Below are positions 39,401 through 64,000 of a DNA stretch of 64,000 nt, piece by piece; the stretch's first letter is position 1; every line of letters begins with the position of its first letter. Under the pieces are notes generated by a model. It saw nothing but the letters and a program-made list of their open reading frames with translations. It was not told the origin of the DNA and made no database searches. Made by a program: the position numbers and the translations under genes. The stretch spans positions 45,400-109,399 of the forward strand of contig NIVC01003243.1 of the NCBI GenBank assembly GCA_002269645.1, read 5' to 3'. Origin of the DNA: Macrostomum lignano. Lineage: Eukaryota.

Positions 39401-42400
39401 ACACTAAAACATCATTAACCCACACTGAAGCATCATAAACCCACACTGAAGCATCATCAACCGACACTGCAGCATCATCAACCCATACTTAAGCATCATA
39501 AACCCTCACTGAAGCATCATCAACCCACACTGAAGCATCTTTAACCCACACTGAAGCATCCCAAACCCACACTGAAGCATCATTAACCCACACTAAAACA
39601 TCATTAACCCACACTGAAGCATCATAAACCCACTCTGAAGCATCATAAACCCACACTGAAGCATCATAAACCCACTCTGAAGCATCCCAAACCCTCACTG
39701 AAGCATCATAAACCCACTCTGAAGCATCCCAAACCCACACTGAAGCATCATTAACCCACACTAAAGCATCATTAACCCACACTGAAGCATCATCAACCCA
39801 TACTTAAGCATCATAAACCCACACTGAAGCATCATCAACCCACACTGAAGCATCATCAACCCATACTTAAGCATCATAAACCCACACTGAAGCATCATCA
39901 ACCGACACTGCAGCATCATCAACCCATACTTAAGCATCATAAACCCTCACTGAAGCATCATCAACCCACACTGAAGCATCATCAACCCATACTTAAGCAT
40001 CATAAACCCTCACTGAAGCATCATCAACCGACACTGCAGCATCATCAACCCATACTTAAGCATCATAAACCCTCACTGAAGCATCATCAACCGACACTGA
40101 AGCATCATAAACCCACACTGAAGCATCATAAACCCACTCTGAAGCATCATAAACCCTCACTGAAGCATCATCAACCCACTCTGAAGCATCCCAAACCCAC
40201 TCTGAAGCATCATAAACCCACACTGAAGCATCCCAAACCCACACTGAAGCATCCCAAACCCACACTGAAGCATCATTAACCCACACTAAAGCATCATTAA
40301 CCCACACTGAAGCATCATAAACCCACTCTGAAGCACCATAAACCCACACTGAAGCATCATAAACCCACTCTGAAGCATCCCAAACCCTCACTGAAGCATC
40401 ATAAACCCACTCTGAAGCATCCCAAACCCACTCTGAAGCATCATAAACCCACACTGAAGCATCCCAAACCCACACTGAAGCATCCCAAACCCACACTGAA
40501 CCATCATTAACCCACACTAAACCATCATTAACCCACACTGAAGCATCATAAACGTGTCAAAATAATCGTAAACCAATTGTACTTAATCTACGCTAAATGT
40601 ACTTTAAAAATTAGACAAGTATAGGCCACTGAAGCTTTTTATTTTAACAAATATTTATAATATTTTATAACCTCAATAATCTATAAAACAATAGATTGGA
40701 ACGGTACAAAAAGGTGAGTAAAAATCATAATTAAAACAGTTCACTTATTCGTTGCACTATAGAAACGACAATTGGTTTCATTTTTTGTTTATCTATCTTC
40801 TGTGCGCCCTCGGAAATATTTTATTATTCAAGATGAACAAACTTATCGCCAGTAAAACTTTGAATTTATTAAAATATGGCAACTTTCTTCATCTTTTTAT
40901 GAGCTACTAAAAGTAGCACCAATTATTGCAACTATTTTTAAAATTGATAGAACTTGATGATAAATTCTCAGAGAATAGACAGCCAAATCTTTTCTGTTCT
41001 GAAATTGCAATAAGTTTTTACGAGACAGTGGCACCACCTAAGAGACAGGAGCGCCCACCACCAAAGAGACAAAATTGGGCTTTAGAAAGTTGCAGTTTTG
41101 ACAAGTTATCAGTAAAATTGTCAATAAGATAATTTCTTGGTTGCTCTTTTTACAGTTTGAAAAGTACTCGTATTGAAATGTTTTGTCAATGAAAAATCAA
41201 ATCATAATTTTAGATTTTTATCACCTACGGTCTGGCTGTTGTTCAGAGGACCTACGTCGCCTTCGCCGTTGTGTCCCTATTCATGGAGGTCAATTCGATA
41301 TTTCTGCATGCCAGACAGCTGGCTAATTTGCGAAGAGCAAATCGAAGTTCGATTGTTTATCGGTTTCTATGCGCGGCTAATGTTGGTGAGTGTTTGAAAC
41401 TGAACACGTCGTTAGTGGTCGCTTGGCCTTTGGCGCCTGTATTTAGCGCCAACTTGACCCCATTTGGCGCTTGTCTTTAGTGCCACCTTAACCCCATTTG
41501 GCGCTTGTCTTTAGTGCCACCTTAACCCCATTTGGCGCCTGTCTTTAGCGCCACCTTAACCCCATTTGGCGCCTGTCTTTAGCGCCACCTTAACCCCATT
41601 TGGCGCCTGTCTTTAGCGCCACCTTAACCCCATTTGGCGCCTGTCTTTAGCGCCACCTTAACCCCATTTGGCGCCTGTCTTTAGCGCCACCTTAACCCCA
41701 TTTGGCGCCTGTCTTTAGCGCCACCTTAACCCCATTTGGCGCCTGTCTTTAGCGCCACCTTAACCCCATTTGGCGCCTGTCTTTAGCGCCACCTTAACCC
41801 CATTTGGCGCTTGTCTTTAGTGCCACCTTAACCCCATTTGGCGCCTGTCTTTAGCGCCACCTTAACCCCATTTGGCGCCTGTTTTAGCGCCACCTTAACC
41901 CCATTTGGCGCCTGTTTTAGCGCCACCTTAACCCCATTTGGCGCCTGTCTTTAGCGCCACCTTAACCCCATTTGGCGCCTGTCTTTAGCGCCACCTAAAC
42001 CCCATTTGGCGCCTGTCTTTAGCGCCACCTTAACCCCATTTGGCGCCTGTCTTTAGCGCCACCTTAACCTTATTTGGCGCCTGTCTTTAGCGCCACCTTA
42101 ACCCCATTTGGAGCCTGTCTTTAGCGCCACCTTAACCCCATTTGGCGCCTGTCTTTAGCGCCACCTTAACCCCATTTGGCGCCTGTCTTTAGCGCCACTT
42201 TAACCCCATTTGGTGCCTGTCTTTAGCGCCACCTTAACCCCATTTTGCGCCTCAATTCCAACTTTAGCGCCTCAATTCCAACTTTGGCGCCTCAATTCCA
42301 ACCTTAGCGCCTAAATTCCAACCTTAGCGCCTCAATTTCAACTTTGGCGCCTCAATTCCAACTTTGGCGCCTCAATTCCAACTTTGGTGCCTTAATTCCA

Positions 42401-42720
42401 AAGTTGGTGTCTAAATTCTTTTTTTGGCGCCTATTCCTGCCCTAATTTGGCGCTATCAGGCTCAGATGTCGCGTCAGTTGCTAACCCAGTTAATTCTGGC
42501 ACACTGCGCAGGCACTCTGGTGACATTTCGCGGCATCACCACAGCCTGGATGGTTCGTTGGATTTGGTCAAATTGGCGCCTGCTGCCGCTTCCGGTGGCT
42601 CTGCTAGGCGCTTCCGGTCTGGTTGTCATCAGCGTTATGAACATCGTCCTGCTGGCCCGCCTTGTCAAAGCAGACTATTTCACTAATATTAGTAATAGCC
42701 AGAAAGCCAAAGCGTCCTAG
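33412..42720 (+). CDS. TLC (TRAM/LAG1/CLN8) domain membrane protein, TLCD1/TLCD2-like, complete, 5 exons, 303 aa
   Basis: Exons 33412-33776, 37824-37906, 38466-38548, 41214-41385, 42512-42720 are phase-consistent (912 nt). Motifs: 'WKMQNIFLSEIHSIVSG', 'FSLGYFVHD', 'ELLFHHFI', 'LFMEVNSIFLHAR', 'LVTFRG...MNIVLLARLVKAD'. Confidence 0.9.
36243..36387. other. Long imperfect inverted repeat (~60-bp arms) around a GTCACGTGAC palindrome
   Basis: GTGCAACTTTGGAAATCACC...ATTTCTATTGGCAACACA(CA)CATGTAAGTTGCTATTGG pairs with CCAATAGCGACTTACATGTGTTGCCAATAGAAAT...GTGAATCCCAAGGTTGCAC. Confidence 0.8.
36790..37490. repeat. 23-bp minisatellite (TAGTTTATTGGCAGTTCTAGGGG)n in TLCD intron 1
   Basis: Direct reading of the sequence. 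Confidence 0.96.
38005..38260. repeat. CT-rich low-complexity tract in TLCD intron 2
   Basis: Direct reading of the sequence. Confidence 0.85.
39035..40552. repeat. 21-bp minisatellite (CACTGAAGCATCATCAACCCA)n with variant blocks, TLCD intron 3
   Basis: Direct reading, ~70 units. Confidence 0.97.
41445..42415. repeat. 34-bp minisatellite (TTTGGCGCCTGTCTTTAGCGCCACCTTAACCCCA)n followed by a related 21-bp repeat (TTGGCGCCTCAATTCCAACTT)n, TLCD intron 4
   Basis: Direct reading; the unit switches near 42245. Confidence 0.96.
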
Positions 42721-43184
42721 ACTTATTTGTCTTCTAATTCACTAAATCCATTGTTAAAGCCTTTTAAAACGAAGACAATAAATGTCATTAATTGATTCAC
42801 TTTATCAAACTATTAGTACGAAATGTTCTTTTTTGTCAATCTACTTACTATCTTTAAGTAGTTCGAGTTTGAATGTTTTGCTAGCTAGCTAATAACCAAA
42901 AGCATTCCAATTGTGTTTCAATATTGTATTGTTTCTATATTCGTGTTAAATCCATCCGTCAAACTCCGTCTATTATAGTTATAATTATCGATTCGGATAT
43001 TATTTATATTGATTATTGCACTATGGTTTGTAAAATGTGTTTGGTCAGCACTCAATAGCAGAACTAGGTTAAATTAAATTTTTATATTGGCCATTCCCTA
43101 AACCTGATTGCATTTTTTTGGCTTGTGTGCACAACAGTTAACACTCGTGAGGGTAGACCCCAAGGCACAGAGTGTACTTTGCTC

Positions 43185-43840
43185 CGAGCTTTAGTCTATG
43201 GCCGAAACCCGCAGCAGCCCTCCTACAATAGTGCCACATGTATTTTCATAGGCTCCGAGTTTTAGTCTATGGCCGAAACCCGCAGCAGCCCTCCTACAAT
43301 AGTGCCACATGTATTTTCATAGGCTCCGAGTTTTAGTCTATGGCCGAAACCCCGCAGCCCTCCTACAATAGTGCCACATGTATTTTCATAGGCTCCGAGT
43401 TTTAGTCTATGGCCGAAACCCCGCAGCCCTCCTACAATAGTGCCACATGTATTTTCATAGGCTCCGAGTTTTAGTCTATGGCCGAAACCCGCAGCAGCCC
43501 TCCTACAATAGTGCCACATGTATTTTCATAGGCTCCGAGTTTTAGTCTATGGCCGAAACCCCGCAGCCCTCCTACAATAGTGCCACATGTATTTTCATAG
43601 GCTCCGAGTTTTAGTCTATGGCCGAAACCCCGCAGCCCTCCTACAATAGTGCCACATGTATTTTCATAGGCTCCGAGTTTTAGTCTATGGCCGAAACCCC
43701 GCAGCCCTCCTACAATAGTGCCACATGTATTTTCATAGGCTCCGAGTTTTAGTCTATGGCCGAAACCCCGCAGCAGCCCTCCTACAATAGTGCCACATTT
43801 ATTTTCATTGGTTTTGAACTTTAGTCTATGGCCGAAACTG
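43185..43840. repeat. 69-72-bp minisatellite (GGCTCCGAGTTTTAGTCTATGGCCGAAACC...CATGTATTTTCATA)n, ~9 copies
   Basis: Direct reading of the sequence. Confidence 0.96.
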
Positions 43841-44579
43841 GATAAAGTTTATAAGCTGTATTCATTTATTACAGCGATATGTAATGATTTCCATTTAATC
43901 GTATTATAGGCATTAAAATATTCGCATGCGACCTTCCCACGTCAATCCCAATTGATGTTTATTTTTAATAGTTACTACATCATTTTTTAACCCCAAGGTG
44001 CTTCTACCCTCATTAGCAACAATAATTTGCTTTTACTGCCTTACTGACTATAGATTACAGCATATGTGAAATCTATAGGTAAATTTTGTAAGTGTAAAAC
44101 GCTTTAAGCCATCGTCACGTACATGTATTAGCTGTTTCTGGCCGAAAAAAGTTCCTATTGGTTTGCTTTAAGTTTATTTATTTATAGCATTGTTATTTGA
44201 TTACCTAGCCTATTTGCTCAGTGCATTGTGAACTTTTCGCCGTCTAATTATTTTTTTATGTATAGATTTACTCTAAACTTTGTGGCCTTTTAAGCGCGAA
44301 CTAACCAGTAATAAAGTCCAGTTTCCATGACGACCACTTACATGGCACTTAGCCCCCTCTTTTTTGCATATTTGTCATACTAAATTAAAGTTGCGTCTGT
44401 TTGCTGTAGTCGAGCCTCAGGTAGGATGCACATGCAGATTAATTTTCTGTTGCTTTTTGTTTTTTCCAACTTGTTTTCGCTTCGGATTAACATTAGCTTT
44501 TTCTAAATTTAATCGGTAAATTTGCTGGGTATATATCATCCGTTACTGCGATTGTTAGTGCTGAGTTATCTGTGATTCT

Positions 44580-44850
44580 CTGAATTCTGATTGGCCAGAA
44601 GGTTTGCTGCGATTCTCTGATTGGCTGAAGGGATATTACTGCGATTCTCTGATTGGCTGGAGGAAATCGCTGCGATTGTCTGATTGGCTGGGGGGATATT
44701 GCTGCGATTCTCTAATTGGCTGGAAGAAGTCGATGCGATTCTCTGATTGGCTGGAGGAAATCGCTGCGATTGTCTGATTGGCTGGGGGGATATTGCTGCG
44801 ATTCTCTAATTGGCTGGAGGAAATCGCTGCGATTATCTGATTGGCTGTAT
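44580..44850. repeat. Degenerate ~30/60-bp repeat rich in GATTGGCTG (reverse CCAAT)
   Basis: Direct reading of the sequence. Confidence 0.85.
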
Positions 44851-45339
44851 GGAATTTTTGCCAGATTATGACATCAGCATGTATTAACAAGCCAAATTGC
44901 CTCCGAATTAAAAGTGCATCTTGCGTCATATTATGAATAAATGATACAAAATTTAGATGTACCACGTGATCCATTGCGTCACTCAAACCATTCAGTGATT
45001 ATTATTTACTTTAAAAACTAATGCGCTTTATAAATTTTGTATATTAGACAATTATTGTTAAGTTTTTGATTTTCGAAATAAAGCCAGTTTTTATTTATCA
45101 TTTTTGTGCTACAATTAATATAATGCAAGATTGGCTTATTAGAAATTAAATTGTGTTATTGACTTCGATTTTCGACTTTCGTAAAAGCACGGATGGTATT
45201 GCGATTGCGGCTGGCGGGAACGACTGCGAAGTAGAGAAGTAGAGCAGCTTAGTTTCAGAGCCTGTCTTCTGACTCTTGAGAGCAGGGGACCTCTGGTTCG
45301 ACTCCGTGGGCGGCCAATTGAGACGGTTGACCACTAAGC

Positions 45340-46110
45340 GAGAGGGGCGCCCACCGAGAAACGGGCGCCTACCAAAAAACAGGGGCGCCCACCAGGAGAC
45401 CCCGAGTGCCAAAAGAGACAGGGGCGCCAACCAATAAACAGGGGCGCCTACCAAGAGACAGGGGCGCCAACCAATAGACAGGGGCGCCTACCAAGAGACA
45501 GGGGCGCCCACCAATAAACAGGGGCGCCCACCAAGAGACCCGAGTGCCAACCAAGAGACAGGGGCGCCCACCAGAGACAGGGGCGCCTACCGATAAACAG
45601 GGGCGCCTACTAATAAACAGGGGCGCCAACCAATAAACAGGGGCGCCTACCAAGAGACAGGGGCGCCAACCAATTAACAGGGGCGCCAACTAATAAACGG
45701 GCGCCAACAAAGAGACCGGGGCGCCAACCAATAAACAGGGGCGCCTACCAAAAGACAGGGGCGCCAACCAATAAACAGGGGCGCCAACCAATAAACAGGG
45801 GCGCCAACTAATAAAAAGGGGCGCCAACAAAGAGACCGGGGCGCCAACCAATAAACAGGGGCGCCTACCAAGAGACAGGGGCGCCAACCAATAAACAGGG
45901 GCGCCAACCAATAAACAGGGGCGACAACCAAGAGGCAGGGGCCCCAACCAATAAACAGGGGCGCCAACCAATAAACAGGGGCGACAACCAAGAGGCAGGG
46001 GCGCCAACCAATAAACAGGGGCGCCAACCAATAAACAGGGGCGACAACAAAGAGGCAGGGGCGCCAACCAATAAACAGGGGCGACAACCAAGAGGCAGCT
46101 AGGGGCGCCC
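45340..46110. repeat. ~20-bp minisatellite (GGGGCGCCAACCAATAAACA)n
   Basis: Direct reading of the sequence. Confidence 0.95.
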
Positions 46111-47448
46111 ACAGAGAGACAGGGATACCTACCTAGTCACCAAGTATTGACGCCCCTTTAGAGTGTCGACGCCGTTCAATTGAAATTCCTGCACAGGTAA
46201 ATTCTAAAAATTTATTTAATAACTCAAATGACGTTATAGTACATGTATTAGAGATTTAGTATATTTAAATGAATGCTTTTAGCAGCACAGGCACTGATAC
46301 CAGTTGCTTGAAGCATTTATCGTATATATATATTTTTATTGATAGATAAAATTGATAATCTTGATTAAGTGAATAAGGAGATTAACAGAATTAACTGCGC
46401 GAAGCGGAGCCGGAAACTACAGTTGTAATTCACTATTATAATTAAAGCATTAGATAGTAATTATTTTCATAACATATTGGCTAAAGTGGGAATTCTGATA
46501 AATATGCAGTGGATATAGTTTGGGATAAAAATTGTTATTTTAAACACTACAAGAAGCGCTATGCAGGCTCTGAAAATTTTGAAACCTTGGCACGCGCAAA
46601 AATACGCAGCTAATGCCTTTTAATATATATGATTAATTCAATAGCATCGAAGTAGGAAATAATGCAGCTACGCTCGTGCATGTACATGTACATCAAATAG
46701 CAAGGTCAAATACAATTATTAAGGTTTAAGAATCACGTATATACTGGGATCTAGAATATCCTCACATTAGTGACAATTGTACACACCTGCAACATCCTGC
46801 ATGCGAGTAATTACTTGTACCTGCTAATTAACGGCGGGTGAGATAAGAAAATAGAGTTTTAGAAAACCTAATTAATTTTTTTTACGTTTGCACGTTACTC
46901 TTATAGACCTATCAGCGCACCTGCTACATGTACACATGCATTATTAGCTACAGGTAAGAAAGCAATATTGAAGCCAATATAGATAAACAGTAAGGACCAG
47001 CAATCATTTCTCCGCCGGTGTGTATAAATAAACACGGAAGCGCGCGGTTTCATCAAAGTTGACAGGTGAAAATTAACCGTTAGCGCCTGATTCGCGCCAC
47101 TATCAGCTGAATGACAGTTGGAGAACGAACCTAAAAAGCTACAAAATCGACTAGAATATCACTCGTACAAAAATGCCATTATATCTACTACTCACCAGTA
47201 GCAAAATTAGCGTTTTTTGCTTTTTTATACGACCGTTGAAAATGGTCGATTTCACGATCTCTAGGTCTGCAATTCGTCATTCGAAAAGAGTTATTAAAAA
47301 ATTTTCACGAGTGACGCGCAAGGTTATTTTAGGTTATGTATATAGATTAAACTAGCAATTGTGCTACTACAAGTAGTTCAAGTCCTTGTACAGTTAGATC
47401 TGTTTTTTTTGACAGTCGCTCAAATTAACGCCTCGTCAGGTGTCTCAC

Positions 47449-64000
<16,552 letters not shown>

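Noticed and set aside
44320-44340. X-box-like GTTTCCATGACGAC
   Set aside because: It is an imperfect match, lies between two converging 3' ends far from any ciliary-gene start, and is expected by chance.

Overview
Eukaryotic, intron-rich and very tandem-repeat-rich genomic DNA. GC-rich exons with Gly/Ala runs and a different minisatellite in many introns resemble the flatworm Macrostomum, but the organism is only an inference. I assembled five protein-coding loci by hand from GT/GC-AG sites and reading-frame phase. (1) The 3' half of a divergent IP3-receptor-family Ca2+ channel (+, 606-9262) with a non-canonical pore filter (GLIGD). (2) An intronless ~4.3 kb ORF (-, 16186-20520) broken by two single-base homopolymer frameshifts. 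It encodes a glycine-zipper-like hydrophobic N-terminus, repeat linkers and a degenerate GBP/atlastin-like GTPase domain. (3) A complete 12-exon MKS1 (-, 25924-32657) with an apparent second, duplicated terminal exon at 24761-25050. (4) A complete 5-exon TLCD1/2-like gene (+, 33412-42720), head-to-head with MKS1. (5) A large gene (-, 47449 to beyond 64000) whose exons splice in frame into LamG/EGF ectodomain, TM helix, cytoplasmic linker and WD40 propeller. This receptor architecture is the most interesting item. Also present are a 5'-truncated Ty3/gypsy element with PPT and 3' LTR, two tRNA-derived SINE families, TIR-bounded MITEs and many micro/minisatellites. Frameshifts cluster at homopolymers and toward the window end, which suggests long-read consensus errors. 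No CRISPR, rRNA or intact tRNA gene is supported.
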